Positions 1 to 10,604 are shown, numbered from the stretch's first letter. The stretch is 49,504 bases of DNA from Paracoccaceae bacterium (GCA_041655055.1 JBBAGE010000001.1:1-49504); one strand, 5' to 3'. Program-made: numbers and translations. Notes: generated by a model from the letters alone, not told the origin.

Positions 1-303
1 ATTTTCGCGCAGGGCCTCGCCAATGGCCTCAAGGCTTTCGACCTTGGCGCTGTCGAGGAAACCGCAGGTATTGACGATCACCGCGTCGGCGCCCGCGTAA
101 TCGGCGGAAATCGCATAGCCTTCGGCGCGCAGCCGGGTCAGGATGCGTTCGCTATCGACCAGCGCCTTGGGGCAACCGAGCGAGACCATGCCGATGGTCG
201 GCTGGCCCCGGCGGGGGGCATCAAACCGCGCCTTTGGCGCAACATCATTAAACCGCGCCTTTGGCGCGAGATCGGGGCGAAGATTCGGTGGGTTTGTGCT
301 CAT
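1..303 (-). CDS. rimO: Ribosomal protein S12 methylthiotransferase RimO, N-terminal part (gene runs off the window start)
   Basis: My own translation of the reverse strand from ATG (cat at 301-303) gives [63 protein letters not shown]...[15 protein letters not shown]. The SLGCPKxxVDSE and NTCGF motifs are typical of the MTTase N-domain of RimO. It is not in the ORF track because it is truncated. Confidence 0.75.
   Translation of the reverse strand, partial: MSTNPPNLRPDLAPKARFNDVAPKARFDAPRRGQPTIGMVSLGCPKALVDSERILTRLRAEGYAISADYAGADAVIVNTCGFLDSAKVESLEAIGEALREN
233..277. repeat. 18-nt perfect direct repeat (aaaccgcgcctttggcgc) at a 27-nt period inside the rimO 5' coding region
   Basis: The copies are at 233-250 and 260-277. 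The period is in frame (9 codons) and encodes APKARF(N/D) twice in the RimO N-terminal extension. Confidence 0.9.
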
Positions 304-347
304 CGCGCCCCTATAATGAAAGTCATCTTGCCGGAAAAGAGCCTGAT

Positions 348-1109
348 TCAGGGCCGCAAACGCCAGCCGGTGCGAAATATCCATGCAACCAGCGCCAGGC
401 AGGCGGCCAGAAATCCGACAATCGCCAAAAGCGACAGCCCCACCGGCACATCGGCCACGCCGAAAAAGCTCCACCGAAAGCCCGATACCAGATAAAGAAC
501 GGGATTGAATTTGGTCAGAAACGCCCAGAAAGGCGGCAACATCGCGACCGAATAAAACGCGCCGCCCAGAAATACCAGCGGCGTCACCAGCAGAAATGGC
601 ACCAGTTCAAGCTGTTCAAAATTCTTGGCCCAGATGCCGAGGATGAACCCCATGAGCGAGAAACTGATCGCCGTCAGTAGCAAAAAAGTGACCATCGCCA
701 CCGGATGCGCGACGCGCAAATCCACGAAAAGCGTCGAGGTGATGAGGATGATCATCGCCACCAGCACCGATTTGCTGGCCGCCGCGCCGACATAGCCCAG
801 CACGATTTCCACAAAGGATATCGGCGCCGACATATGTTCATAAATCGTGCCGATGAATTTAGGGAAATAGAACGCATAGCTGGCATTGGCGATGGATTGC
901 TGCAGCAGCGTCATCATCACCAGCCCCGGCACGATGAATGCGCCATAAGATACGCCGTCGATATCTTCGATCCGGCTGCCGATGGCGGCGCCAAAGACGA
1001 CGAAATAAAGCACGGTCGAGATCACCGGCGACAGGATCGACTGGATGATCGTGCGCCACATCCGGGCCATTTCATAGATGTAAATCGCCTTGACCGCGTG
1101 CCAGTTCAT
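348..1109 (-). CDS. ABC-2 type transporter permease
   Basis: 253-aa hydrophobic ORF with about 6 TM segments and an ABC-2 permease-like N-terminus. It is translationally coupled (ATGA overlap at 1106-1109) to the upstream ATPase gene. Confidence 0.8.
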   Translation of the reverse strand: MNWHAVKAIYIYEMARMWRTIIQSILSPVISTVLYFVVFGAAIGSRIEDIDGVSYGAFIVPGLVMMTLLQQSIANASYAFYFPKFIGTIYEHMSAPISFVEIVLGYVGAAASKSVLVAMIILITSTLFVDLRVAHPVAMVTFLLLTAISFSLMGFILGIWAKNFEQLELVPFLLVTPLVFLGGAFYSVAMLPPFWAFLTKFNPVLYLVSGFRWSFFGVADVPVGLSLLAIVGFLAACLALVAWIFRTGWRLRP

Positions 1110-2029
1110 GTTTCGCCCACCAATCCCAGGAACACTTCCTCAAGCGAGCTTTGCCGGCTTTCAAGGTCGCGCACCGCGATGCCCGCCGCCGCCAGTTCGG
1201 TGATCAGCCGCGTGATCCCGGTGCGCCCGGCGCGGATGTCATATTCATAGGTCAGCGTCAGGCCGTCATCGCTGGGGCGCAGCGCATAATGGGCCAGTTG
1301 CGCCGGAATGGCCGTGACGGGTTCATAAAGCGACAGGCGCAGATGTTTGCGCGCGAAACTGCGCATCAGCGCGTGTTTTTCTTGCACCAGCAGCAGCTTG
1401 CCATGGTTGATCACGCCGATGCGGTCGGCCATTTCCTCGGCCTCATCGATGTAATGGGTGGTCAGGATGATCGTCACCCCATCATCGCGCAGGCCGCGCA
1501 CCACCTGCCACATATCGCGGCGCAGCGATACATCGACACCGGCGGTCGGCTCGTCCAGAAACAGGATACGCGGTTCATGGCTAAGGGCTTTGGCCATCAT
1601 CACGCGCCGCTTCATGCCGCCCGATAATTCGCGCGTGGTGACATTGCGTTTGTCCCACAGGCTAAGCTGGCGCAGCACACGCTCAACATGCGCATCATCG
1701 CGGGATTTGCCGAACAGGCCACGCGAAAAACGCACGGTGTCCCAGACCTTTTCAAAGGATTCGAGGGCGATTTCCTGCGGCACCAGCCCGATCAGCGACC
1801 GCGCCGCGCGGTAATCGCGCAGATTGTCGTGGCCACCGACGGTAACCCGGCCGGAACTGGCCTGCACCAGACCGCAGATGATTGAAATCAGCGTGGTTTT
1901 GCCCGCGCCATTGGGGCCAAGCAGGGCGATGATTTCGCCCTCATCGATATCGAGCGACACATCATCCAGCGCCCGCATGCCCGAGGCATAGGATTTGGTC
2001 AGGTTCTGAACCGAAATGATGGGTGCCAC
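1106..2029 (-). CDS. ABC transporter ATP-binding protein (ABC-2/YadG-like subfamily)
   Basis: Walker [10 protein letters not shown], signature LSGGMKRR and Walker [13 protein letters not shown] are present. It has a GTG start and a C-terminal extension typical of ABC-2 ATPases. Confidence 0.9.
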   Translation of the reverse strand: MAPIISVQNLTKSYASGMRALDDVSLDIDEGEIIALLGPNGAGKTTLISIICGLVQASSGRVTVGGHDNLRDYRAARSLIGLVPQEIALESFEKVWDTVRFSRGLFGKSRDDAHVERVLRQLSLWDKRNVTTRELSGGMKRRVMMAKALSHEPRILFLDEPTAGVDVSLRRDMWQVVRGLRDDGVTIILTTHYIDEAEEMADRIGVINHGKLLLVQEKHALMRSFARKHLRLSLYEPVTAIPAQLAHYALRPSDDGLTLTYEYDIRAGRTGITRLITELAAAGIAVRDLESRQSSLEEVFLGLVGET

Positions 2030-2078
2030 GATGCCCTGCCTGTCGGGGGTGGGCGGCGGTTATCCCGCCGCCATGGGC

Positions 2079-2672
2079 CTAGCGGCGGCGATCGCGCCGG
2101 CTGGACATGGGCTGAAATGCCACGCCCACATGCGCTTCGCAATAGGGTTTGCCCGCCTGCGTGGCCAGGCCGCAAAACCAGAAATGTTCGGTCGCCGGAT
2201 CGCCGATCGGCCATTTGCAGGTGCGTTCGGTCAATTCCATCAGGCTGATCTTGCGGGCGGTCTTTTCGACCTCGCGCACCGATGCCAGGGCTTCGGGGCT
2301 GATTTCATTGGCCGATGGTTGCGGCGGCAGGGGTTGGCCCGCCGGAATGATCGCGCGGCGCAGCGGCGTGACCGGGGCGGCGGGGCGTTGGGGTTCGGGT
2401 TCTGGCGCGGGGGCCGGTTCGGGGGTTTCCTGCACCGGCTCGATGGTTTCGGGTTCCGCCGGGGGTTCGAGCGGGGCAGCCGTCGTGCGCGCGGGTTCCG
2501 CCGGTGCGGGCGCGGGGCCAGAGCCTGCACGATTTGACAGGCCAAGCCGGTGCACCTTGCCGATCACGGCATTGCGCGTGACGCCGCCAAGCTCTTTGGC
2601 GATCTGGCTGGCCGACTGGCCTTCGGCCCACATCTTCTTTAGAAGCTCTACGCGCTCGTCTGTCCAGGACAT
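2079..2672 (-). CDS. gcrA: Cell-cycle transcriptional regulator GcrA
   Basis: MSWTDERVELLKKMWAEGQSASQIAKELGGVTRNAVIGKVHRLGLS is the hallmark GcrA N-terminus. A Pro/Glu-rich linker follows, then the conserved C-terminus TCKWPIGDP...FCG...PYCxxH. A strong RBS (gaggagg) precedes the ATG at 2672, so I trimmed the 2690 start in the track. Confidence 0.9.
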   Translation of the reverse strand: MSWTDERVELLKKMWAEGQSASQIAKELGGVTRNAVIGKVHRLGLSNRAGSGPAPAPAEPARTTAAPLEPPAEPETIEPVQETPEPAPAPEPEPQRPAAPVTPLRRAIIPAGQPLPPQPSANEISPEALASVREVEKTARKISLMELTERTCKWPIGDPATEHFWFCGLATQAGKPYCEAHVGVAFQPMSSRRDRRR

Positions 2673-2811
2673 GATGTCCTCCTCATGCAAAGGTGGCGGA
2701 ACACGGCATTCGCGCCCGCCAACCCCGAAGATTTACTGATCATCCCTATTTTAATCACGCGCACACAGGATACAAGGCACGGTAACGAAACAGGACGCAA
2801 GGATCTAGCAT

Positions 2812-3627
2812 ATGTCAGATAGAATGGAAACACCGGCGTCAATGGGTACACGCCGATTCGGCAGGGTTAACTGGCTTGGGTTCTATACGCTGATCTGGCG
2901 CGAGATTCGGCGCTTTACCGAGGTCTGGACCCAGACAATTCTGGCACCTTTGATGACATCGGCGCTGTTCATGGCGATTTTCGCGGTGGCCATCGGCCCC
3001 AGTCGCGGCGATGTGATGGGCGTGCCCTTCGTGCAATTCCTTGCGCCGGGGATTCTGGCGATGACGGTGATCCAGAACGCTTTCGTGAATACGTCATCCT
3101 CGCTGATGGTGTCCAAGGTGCAGGGCAATATCGTTGATACGCTGATGCCGCCGCTGTCGCCGCTGGAACTCGTGATCGGGTTCATCGCGGGTGGGCTGGC
3201 GCGCGGGCTGGTCGTGGGCGTGGTGATCTGGGCGGCGCTGGCGCTGGCGCTGGGCATCACGGTGGCCCATCCGCTGATCGCGTTGCTGTTCGTTGCGCTT
3301 GGGGCAATTTTTATCGGCGGGCTGGGGATATTGGCGGGGATTCTGGCCAATAAATTCGATCAGATGGCGGCGATCACCAATTTCATCATCACGCCACTTA
3401 GTTTTCTGTCGGGCACATTCTATTCGGTGCAGGCGCTGCCGCCGGCGGTGCAGGGGGTCATCCATTACAACCCGGTGTTCTATCTGATCGACGGGGTGCG
3501 CTATGGTTTCATCGGCCAGTCCGACAGCGCCCCGGCGCTGGGGCTGTTGGTGCTTGGCGTATCGTGCCTGTTGGTGACGGGGCTGTGCTGGTATTGGTTT
3601 CGCATCGGCTATCGGCTGAAATCGTGA
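2812..3627 (+). CDS. ABC-2 type transporter permease (no cognate ATPase adjacent on this strand)
   Basis: 271-aa polytopic ORF with the same ABC-2 permease architecture as 348-1109. It is divergent from gcrA. Confidence 0.75.
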   Translation: MSDRMETPASMGTRRFGRVNWLGFYTLIWREIRRFTEVWTQTILAPLMTSALFMAIFAVAIGPSRGDVMGVPFVQFLAPGILAMTVIQNAFVNTSSSLMVSKVQGNIVDTLMPPLSPLELVIGFIAGGLARGLVVGVVIWAALALALGITVAHPLIALLFVALGAIFIGGLGILAGILANKFDQMAAITNFIITPLSFLSGTFYSVQALPPAVQGVIHYNPVFYLIDGVRYGFIGQSDSAPALGLLVLGVSCLLVTGLCWYWFRIGYRLKS

Positions 3628-3753
3628 CGCCGGGGCGGCTGTGTCGCGCCTTGCACAGGTTGCCTTTTCATTTTCGCTGAAATCCTGCGCATTGTTGACT
3701 TGACTGCGCGGCTGTTGCACGGATTGACAATCATTTCCGTAAAGGACCATGTC

Positions 3754-4935
3754 ATGATCCCCTCTGTTCTGCCGACCTATAATCGCGCACCGCTTTCCTT
3801 TACCAAAGGCGAAGGAAGCTGGCTGACCGAGGCGGACGGGCGCCGATTCCTGGATCTGGGCGCGGGGATTGCCGTGAATGCGCTGGGCCATGCCCATCCG
3901 GCGCTGATCGATGCGCTGCATGATCAGGCGCAGGCGCTTTGGCATGTATCGAACCTCTATCACATCCCGCAGCAACAGGCGCTGGCCGACCGGTTGGTGG
4001 CCGAAACCTTTGCCGACACCTGTTTTTTCACCAATTCCGGCACCGAGGCTTGCGAATTGGCCGTGAAAATGGCGCGCAAATACTGGTATGAAAAGGGTGC
4101 GCCCGAACGGGTGGAAATCATCGCCTTTGAGGGCGCGTTCCATGGCCGCTCTTCGGCCGGTATCGCCGCTGCGGGCAGCGAGAAAATGACCAAAGGTTTT
4201 GCGCCGCTACTGCCCGGTTTCGTGCATCTGCCCTGGGGCGATATCGCCGCGCTAAAGGATGCCATCGGCCCGAATACCGCGGCCGTCCTGCTGGAACCCG
4301 TGCAGGGCGAGGGCGGCATCCGGCCGCTGGCCGATGCGGATCTGCGCGCAATCCGGGCGCTGTGCGACGATGCCGGGATCTTGCTGATCCTTGACGAGGT
4401 GCAATGCGGTATGGGCCGCACCGGGCGGCTCTTTGCCCATGAATGGGCGGGGATCGCGCCCGATATCATGATGGTGGCCAAGGGCATCGGCGGCGGTTTT
4501 CCCATCGGCGGCGTGCTTGCCACGGCCGATGCCGCATCGGGCATGACGCTGGGCACGCATGGCAGCACCTATGGCGGCAATCCGCTGGGCTGCGCGGTGG
4601 CGCTGCGGGTGATGGATTTCGTGGCCGATCCGGGGTTTCTGGATGATGTCCGGCGCAAGGCGGGGCTGTTTCGCCATAAGCTCGAAGGGCTGGTGGCCAG
4701 CCACCCCGATCTGTTCCAAGAGGTGCGCGGCATTGGCCTGATGTTGGGGCTGAAATGCCGCCGCGACCCGGCCGAGATCGTCGCCGAAGGCTATCGCCAA
4801 CAGATCCTGCTGGTGGGGGCGGCCGATAATGTGGTGCGCCTGCTGCCGGCGCTGACCATCAGCGATGATGAGATCTCCGAGGCCGTCGCCCGGCTTGAAA
4901 CCGTGGCGCAGGCGCTGGAAAACGGCGCCCGCTGA
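3754..4935 (+). CDS. argD: Acetylornithine aminotransferase (class-III PLP aminotransferase)
   Basis: [24 protein letters not shown]...[10 protein letters not shown]...[12 protein letters not shown]...AKGIGGGFP are class-III aminotransferase motifs, including the PLP lysine context. It lies immediately upstream of argF. Start chosen at ATG 3754 (RBS aagga). Confidence 0.9.
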   Translation: MIPSVLPTYNRAPLSFTKGEGSWLTEADGRRFLDLGAGIAVNALGHAHPALIDALHDQAQALWHVSNLYHIPQQQALADRLVAETFADTCFFTNSGTEACELAVKMARKYWYEKGAPERVEIIAFEGAFHGRSSAGIAAAGSEKMTKGFAPLLPGFVHLPWGDIAALKDAIGPNTAAVLLEPVQGEGGIRPLADADLRAIRALCDDAGILLILDEVQCGMGRTGRLFAHEWAGIAPDIMMVAKGIGGGFPIGGVLATADAASGMTLGTHGSTYGGNPLGCAVALRVMDFVADPGFLDDVRRKAGLFRHKLEGLVASHPDLFQEVRGIGLMLGLKCRRDPAEIVAEGYRQQILLVGAADNVVRLLPALTISDDEISEAVARLETVAQALENGAR

Positions 4936-5003
4936 CCGCCTGTCAGGCATTAAACGGTATGAAAAGTGGGACGACCCCGGACATCCGGGGGGAAAGCAAT
5001 CTG

Positions 5004-5930
5004 ATGAAGCATTTTATTGATATCAACGTCACCGCGCCCGAGGATCTGCGCGCCATGATCGACCATGCGGCGGCGATGAAAGCGGCGCGTTCCAGCCGCC
5101 CGCGCGGCGCGCCCGATGACAGCGAACCGCTGGCGGGGCGCATGGTGGCGCTGATCTTTGAAAAACCCTCGACCCGCACCCGCGTCAGCTTTGACGTGGG
5201 TGTGCGCCAGATGGGCGGGCAGACGATGGTTTTGTCGGGCAATGACATGCAACTGGGGCATGGCGAAACCATCGCCGATACGGCCCGCGTTCTGTCGCGC
5301 TATGTCGATCTGATCATGCTGCGCACCTTTGACGAAGCCACGCTGCATGAAATGGCCGAATATGCCAGCGTGCCGGTGATCAACGGGCTGACCAACCGCA
5401 GCCACCCCTGCCAGATCATGGCCGATATCCAGACATATGAGGAACATCGCGGCCCGATCGCCGGGCGCAAGGTGGTCTGGACAGGGGATGGCAACAATGT
5501 CTGCGCCTCGTTCATCCATGCGGCGGGGCAGTTCGGCTTTGATTTCACCTATACCGGGCCTGCGGCGCTTGATCCCGAACGGGTGTTTGTCGAAGAAGCC
5601 GTTGCCAAAGGGGTGCGCGTTGACATCGAGCGCGATCCGCACAAGGCCGTGCAGGGGGCGGATCTGGTGGTTACCGATACCTGGATTTCCATGCATGACG
5701 TGCAATCCGCACGCGAACGGCGGCACAATCTGCTGCGCCCCTATCAGGTGAACGCCGCGCTGATGGCCAGCGCCGGGCCGGATGCGCTGTTTATGCACTG
5801 CCTGCCCGCGCATCGGGGCGAAGAGGTCACAAGTGATGTGATGGACGGCCCGCAATCGGTTGTTTTTGACGAGGCCGAAAACCGTTTGCATGCGCAAAAG
5901 GCGATCATGCGGTGGTGTCTGGGGGTATGA
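5004..5930 (+). CDS. argF: Ornithine carbamoyltransferase
   Basis: KHFIDI..., the carbamoyl-phosphate motif [12 protein letters not shown], then HPCQ and [11 protein letters not shown]. Start chosen at ATG 5004. Confidence 0.9.
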   Translation: MKHFIDINVTAPEDLRAMIDHAAAMKAARSSRPRGAPDDSEPLAGRMVALIFEKPSTRTRVSFDVGVRQMGGQTMVLSGNDMQLGHGETIADTARVLSRYVDLIMLRTFDEATLHEMAEYASVPVINGLTNRSHPCQIMADIQTYEEHRGPIAGRKVVWTGDGNNVCASFIHAAGQFGFDFTYTGPAALDPERVFVEEAVAKGVRVDIERDPHKAVQGADLVVTDTWISMHDVQSARERRHNLLRPYQVNAALMASAGPDALFMHCLPAHRGEEVTSDVMDGPQSVVFDEAENRLHAQKAIMRWCLGV

Positions 5931-5951
5931 GCCTCAGGGTATGAGCCTCAG
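5924..5951. repeat. Perfect tandem duplication of a 14-nt unit (ggtatgagcctcag x2) between the convergent argF and PiT stop codons
   Basis: Read directly: unit 1 is 5924-5937 and unit 2 is 5938-5951. The argF stop TGA (5928-5930) lies in unit 1. The PiT stop (tca, 5948-5950) lies in unit 2. Confidence 0.9.
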
Positions 5952-7423
5952 GCCAGAAACGTGCTCAGCCCGAAAAAGACCAGCGCCGACAGGCCCGCAG
6001 TGGCGGGCACGGTGATGATCCATGCGGCGATGATTGTCATGAAATGCGACCGGCGCACCAATTTGCGGCGCTGACGTTCTTCGGGGGCAAGCCGGGGTTT
6101 GCTGTTGGGCTTGGCGGCATTGTTTCGCGCGCGCCGCTCGGCATCCCATTCGCGGAAAAAGCCCACGCCGAATACCGCACCCACGGCGATATGGGTGGAT
6201 GAGACAGGCAGGCCCAGCCAGCTTGCCACGATCACGGTGATTGCCGCCGAAAGCGATACGCAATAGGCGCGCATCGGGTTCAGCTTGGTGATCTGGCTGC
6301 CGACCATGCGGATCAGTTTCGGCCCGAACAGCACCAGCCCGAACGTAATTCCGAAAGCGCCGATCACCATGACCCAGGTGGGAATGGCCACGCTTGCGCC
6401 AATATCGCCCGATTGCGTCGCATGGACGATCGCCGCCAGCGGCCCCACGGCATTGGCCACATCATTGGCCCCATGCGCGAACGACAACAGCGCCGCCGAA
6501 ATCACCAGCGGGATGGCAAACAGCTTTTTCAATGAACGATTGCGGTTTTCCAGTTCCCGCGATTGGCGCCGCACGATGGGGGAGGAGACCGCATAGGAGG
6601 CCGCCCCGATCACCAGACCAATCAACAGGGCGTTCATCAGGCCGATTGACATCACCCGGCTTAACCCCTTGATCGACAGATATGTGGCGAATGCGCCCAT
6701 CATGATCCCGATCAGCACCGGCACCCAGACGCGTGCGGCCGCGATTTTATCGTCGCGGTAAATGATGCGCGATTTGATGAAGGCCAGAAAACCGGCCGCG
6801 ATCACGCCGCCCAGCACGGGCGAAATCACCCAGCTTGCCGCAATCGCCCCGATCGAGGGCCAGTTGACCGCCGCAAAGCCCGCCGCCACGATGCCCGCGC
6901 CCAGCACCCCGCCCACAACCGCATGCGTGGTCGATACCGGCGCGCCGATCCATGTCGCAAGGTTGATCCACAGCGCCGAGCTGATCAGCGCCGCCATCAT
7001 CGCCCAGACAAAAAGCCGTGTATCCCCCACCGCATCGGGTGCGATGATCCCGGTGGAAATGGTCGCGACCACATCGCCGCCCGCCAAAAGCGCGCCCGCG
7101 CTTTCAAAGATTGCGGCAATGACGATCGCGCCGCCCAGCGTCAGCGCATTGGCCCCCACGGCGGGGCCCATGTTGTTGGCCACGTCATTGGCGCCGATAT
7201 TGATCGCCATATAGGCGCCAAAGGCCGCCGCCGCGATGACGATTACCCCCGATTCCGTCCAACCCATAAAGATCGCCGCAACCGCCGCCGCCAGCACGAT
7301 AAAGGCCAGCGCCACGCCAAATCCCACCAGCGGACGGCCCACATATTGCGTCGCATATTCAAGCTGACCGATCCGGCGCAGGTCTTTGTCCAGCGTTTTC
7401 CACTGATTTTTCTGATCGGTCAC
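5948..7423 (-). CDS. Inorganic phosphate transporter, PiT family
   Basis: 491-aa polytopic protein with the duplicated PiT signature GANDVANxxGP (GANDVANNMGPAVG and GANDVANAVGPLAA). GTG start with RBS aaggaa. Confidence 0.85.
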   Translation of the reverse strand: MTDQKNQWKTLDKDLRRIGQLEYATQYVGRPLVGFGVALAFIVLAAAVAAIFMGWTESGVIVIAAAAFGAYMAINIGANDVANNMGPAVGANALTLGGAIVIAAIFESAGALLAGGDVVATISTGIIAPDAVGDTRLFVWAMMAALISSALWINLATWIGAPVSTTHAVVGGVLGAGIVAAGFAAVNWPSIGAIAASWVISPVLGGVIAAGFLAFIKSRIIYRDDKIAAARVWVPVLIGIMMGAFATYLSIKGLSRVMSIGLMNALLIGLVIGAASYAVSSPIVRRQSRELENRNRSLKKLFAIPLVISAALLSFAHGANDVANAVGPLAAIVHATQSGDIGASVAIPTWVMVIGAFGITFGLVLFGPKLIRMVGSQITKLNPMRAYCVSLSAAITVIVASWLGLPVSSTHIAVGAVFGVGFFREWDAERRARNNAAKPNSKPRLAPEERQRRKLVRRSHFMTIIAAWIITVPATAGLSALVFFGLSTFLA

Positions 7424-7509
7424 GTGGCAGTTCCTTTGGCGCGCTGAACACTGTGCACGGGCTAACCGCCCAAGCGGCCAAGATCAATATGTCGGATGTC
7501 TGCGCGGCG

Positions 7510-7989
7510 CTATTTGTCCGAATGGATTTCGGCACGCCGAATGATCCGGCGCAGGCCGGGTTCGCTCACCATTTTGATCGCCATTTCGGGTTTGACCCAT
7601 TTGCGCTTGCGTTCGGCGCGTTCGGGAAAATTATCGGCTAGCTTGCGCACCTTGAGCGGGAAAACAGTCGCCTCAAGCGGGGTGATCAGGCCGTTATCCA
7701 GCAGTTTGCGATAATCGAACCGGCCCAGCGGCCGGGGGTCCACATCGCCCTTGGCTACGCCCGCTTCTTCCCATGCCTCGATCGCGGCGGCTTGATGGGG
7801 GGGGATGGTTGCATCGTCATGCCAGCCTTTGGGCAAAATCCAGCGCCCCGACCCGCGCGACGTCACCAGCAGGATTTCACGATCCCCCGCATCGCCGCGA
7901 TAGCACAGCGCCGCCACCTGCCGTTCCGGCGGACGGCGCCAGAATGGTTCAATGAATTCTTCCCATGTCGTTTTGAAAATCTGGTTCAT
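7510..7989 (-). CDS. NUDIX-family hydrolase (Nudix box somewhat atypical)
   Basis: 159-aa ORF with LPKGWHDDATIPPHQAAAIEAWEEAGV, resembling the Nudix box Gx5Ex7REUxEExGU. By eye the spacing and residues are imperfect. Confidence 0.6.
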   Translation of the reverse strand: MNQIFKTTWEEFIEPFWRRPPERQVAALCYRGDAGDREILLVTSRGSGRWILPKGWHDDATIPPHQAAAIEAWEEAGVAKGDVDPRPLGRFDYRKLLDNGLITPLEATVFPLKVRKLADNFPERAERKRKWVKPEMAIKMVSEPGLRRIIRRAEIHSDK

Positions 7990-8065
7990 AGCCCTGCCAA
8001 ACGGTCATTTTTTCTTATAACGCTCTAAATAGGTGAAAATACCGTAAATTTCAATAGGTTTGGGC

Positions 8066-10507
8066 CTATTTCTCACCCGTTCCGCGCGGTTTTGCGCGCA
8101 ATGTGGGCGCGGCTTCGGTCGGATCTTCGGGCCAGGGGTGGCGGGGATAGCGGCCGCGCATTTCCTTGCGCACATCGGCGTAAGAGCTGCGCCAGAAGCC
8201 GGGCAGATCCATCGTCGTTTGCAGCGGCCGCTGCGCGGGCGATGTCAGGATGATCCGCAGCGGCAGCCGCGCCGGCCCCACGGTCGGATGGGTGGTGAGG
8301 CCGAACATTTCCTGTAACCGCGCGGTGATCGTGGGATGATCGCCGGAATAATCGATGGCAATGCGCCGCCCCATGGGCGATGTGAAATGCGCGGGCATGT
8401 CGCGGTCCAGCATCGCGGTCTGATCCCAGCTTAGCATGGCGCGCAAGGCGGGGTCGGGATCAAATGCGCGCAACTGTGCCTCGGTCCGCAGGGGGCCGAT
8501 ATGGGGCAGCAGCCAATCCTCAAGCCCCGCAAGCAGCGCGTCATCCGACATATCGGGCAGATCGGCGCCGCCCGCGCGTGCAAGCATCACGCGCGCCCGA
8601 AAAAGCGCCGCCCCCCCATCCAGCGTCAACCCGATATCGCGCAGCCCATCGAGTGCGGCGCGGGCGATGGTATCGTCGCTTGCGCCTTTCCATGGGCGTT
8701 GGTCAAGCACCAGCGCCCCGAAACGCTGATGCTGCACCGCCAGAACCCGGCGTTCGCGCCGCGACCAGGTGCAATGTTCGACCCAGTGAATCTGATCCGC
8801 ATAAAGCGCGTGCAATTCGGCATCGCTTAGCGCGATCGCCTGGCGGATACGGGCCTCGCGCATATCGCCATCCAGATCGCAGGCCACGATCAGCCGTGCG
8901 CCTGCCAGCGGATCGGCGGCATCGATCACCGCGCCCTTGCCATTTGCCAGCACGAAACGCGGCGCATCACCCGCGCGGCGCAGGCCGATGCGGTCGGGAT
9001 AGGCCAGCGCCACCATCGCGGCCGGGCCAAGTGCGGGCCGGGCGGGGCCTGCGGCGAAACGCCGGGCATCAGCCCGGATGCGTTCAATCGTGGCGCGGTT
9101 GGCATTATGGCGCGCGGGATGGGCCACGGCATCAAGCCGCAACAACAGATCGGCGGGCGCGCCGCGGCCCAAAGGATCGCGTTCGGCCAAAAGGGCGGCC
9201 AAAGTGGCGGCCTGCGGCCCGGCGATTTCGCGCATATGCGCCAGACGCGGATGCAGCGGCAGCGCGGCCAGCCGTTTCCCGTGGGCGGTAATGCGGCCGC
9301 GATCATCCAGCGCCCCCAGATCGCGCAACAGGGCCTGCGCCTGTGCATAGGCGCCGGGGTTCGGCGGGCTGAGCAGCGCCAGATCGCCGGGACTGGCCGC
9401 CCCCCACAACGCCAGTTCCAGCGCCAACCCGGTTAGATCGGCGGCTTCGATTTCAGCGGGGGGATAGGGGGCAAGCCCGCCTTCCTCGCCCCGCGTCCAA
9501 AGCCGGTAACAGATGCCCGCGGCCACACGCCCGGCGCGGCCGCGGCGTTGTTCGGCCTCGGCGCGGGTTACGCGTTCGGTGATCAGCCGCGACATGCCCG
9601 AACCTGGATCAAACCGCGCGCGCCGGGCCCGGCCGCCATCCACCACGATGCGGATATCCTCGATCGTCAGCGATGTTTCGGCAATCGCGGTGGCCAGCAC
9701 GATCTTGCGCAGCCCGGCGGGGGCGGGGGCGATGGCGGCGCGTTGGGCGGCAAGCTCCATCGCGCCAAAAAGGGGCGCGATCATGCAATCGGGGCCAAGC
9801 CTGCCGGCAAGGGCAGCCTGCGTGCGGCGAATCTCGCCCTCGCCGGGCAAAAATGCCAATATCCCCCCGGTGGAATCGCCCGCTGCCTGCACGATCAGAT
9901 CGGCCATCGCCACATCAAACCGGGCGCCCTGTGGCAGGGGCCGGGGCAGCCAGCGGGTGTCCACCGGATAGGCGCGCCCCTCGGCGGTGACGATCGGCGC
10001 ATCGCCCAGCATCGCGGCCACCGGCGCGGCATCAAGCGTGGCAGACATGACCACAACCACCAGATCCTCGCGCAGCGCCCCGCGCACCTCCCACGTCAGG
10101 GCAAGGCCCAGATCGGCATGCAGGGATCGTTCATGAAATTCATCAAAAATTACCGCGCCGATGCCGCGCAGTTCCGGGTCGGATTGAATCATTCGGGTCA
10201 GAATGCCTTCGGTCACCACCTCGATGCGGGTATCGGGGCCGGTCCGGGCATCGCCCCGGACCCGATAGCCAACGGTGGCGCCAACCGGTTCGCGCAGGCT
10301 TGCGGCCATCCGCTCGGCCGCGGCGCGCGCGGCCAGACGGCGCGGCTCCAGCATCACGATGCGTCCCGAAATCCGCCCCGCCGCCAGCATCGCCAGCGGC
10401 ACGCGCGTGGTCTTGCCCGCGCCGGGCGGGGCCTGCAGCACGGCACGCCCCGCGTGTTCAAGCGCGCGGAGCAGATCGGGCAGGACGGCATCGATGGGCA
10501 GCTTCAT
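8066..10507 (-). CDS. hrpB: ATP-dependent RNA helicase HrpB (DEAH-box)
   Basis: PPGAGKTT Walker A, DEFHERS DEAH box and SATL motif, with a long HrpB-type C-terminal domain. The start is trimmed to ATG 10507 (MKLPIDAVLPDLL), because the track start at 10672 would overlap the divergent meaB promoter and gene. Confidence 0.85.
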   Translation of the reverse strand: MKLPIDAVLPDLLRALEHAGRAVLQAPPGAGKTTRVPLAMLAAGRISGRIVMLEPRRLAARAAAERMAASLREPVGATVGYRVRGDARTGPDTRIEVVTEGILTRMIQSDPELRGIGAVIFDEFHERSLHADLGLALTWEVRGALREDLVVVVMSATLDAAPVAAMLGDAPIVTAEGRAYPVDTRWLPRPLPQGARFDVAMADLIVQAAGDSTGGILAFLPGEGEIRRTQAALAGRLGPDCMIAPLFGAMELAAQRAAIAPAPAGLRKIVLATAIAETSLTIEDIRIVVDGGRARRARFDPGSGMSRLITERVTRAEAEQRRGRAGRVAAGICYRLWTRGEEGGLAPYPPAEIEAADLTGLALELALWGAASPGDLALLSPPNPGAYAQAQALLRDLGALDDRGRITAHGKRLAALPLHPRLAHMREIAGPQAATLAALLAERDPLGRGAPADLLLRLDAVAHPARHNANRATIERIRADARRFAAGPARPALGPAAMVALAYPDRIGLRRAGDAPRFVLANGKGAVIDAADPLAGARLIVACDLDGDMREARIRQAIALSDAELHALYADQIHWVEHCTWSRRERRVLAVQHQRFGALVLDQRPWKGASDDTIARAALDGLRDIGLTLDGGAALFRARVMLARAGGADLPDMSDDALLAGLEDWLLPHIGPLRTEAQLRAFDPDPALRAMLSWDQTAMLDRDMPAHFTSPMGRRIAIDYSGDHPTITARLQEMFGLTTHPTVGPARLPLRIILTSPAQRPLQTTMDLPGFWRSSYADVRKEMRGRYPRHPWPEDPTEAAPTLRAKPRGTGEK

Positions 10508-10604
10508 GGCGACCTTATCGAGCAAAGCGGCGCGCGGTTCCAGTGGCCGGGTGGACAAGATATGCGCATCCGGGGCATGAGAGACCACGACAAGGAGGCG
10601 CCGA

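Noticed and set aside
2330-2530. Repetitive GC-rich sequence (ggttc/gggg/ccgg runs) that looks like a DNA repeat array
   Set aside because: It encodes the Pro/Ala/Glu-rich linker of GcrA (…PAPAPAEPARTTAAPLEPPAEPETIEPVQETPEPAPAPEPEPQRPAAP…). This is low-complexity coding sequence, not an independent repeat element.
2673-2811. CtrA box (TTAA-N7-TTAA) in the gcrA / permease divergent promoter
   Set aside because: Only a single TTAA (in ttttaatc) is present at suitable positions. No second half-site occurs at 7-nt spacing, so no CtrA site is claimed.
8049-8066. Hairpin aatagg-tttggg-cctatt at the hrpB 3' end as a terminator
   Set aside because: It has a short AT-rich 6-bp stem with no proper U-tract on the relevant (minus) strand, which is too weak to call.
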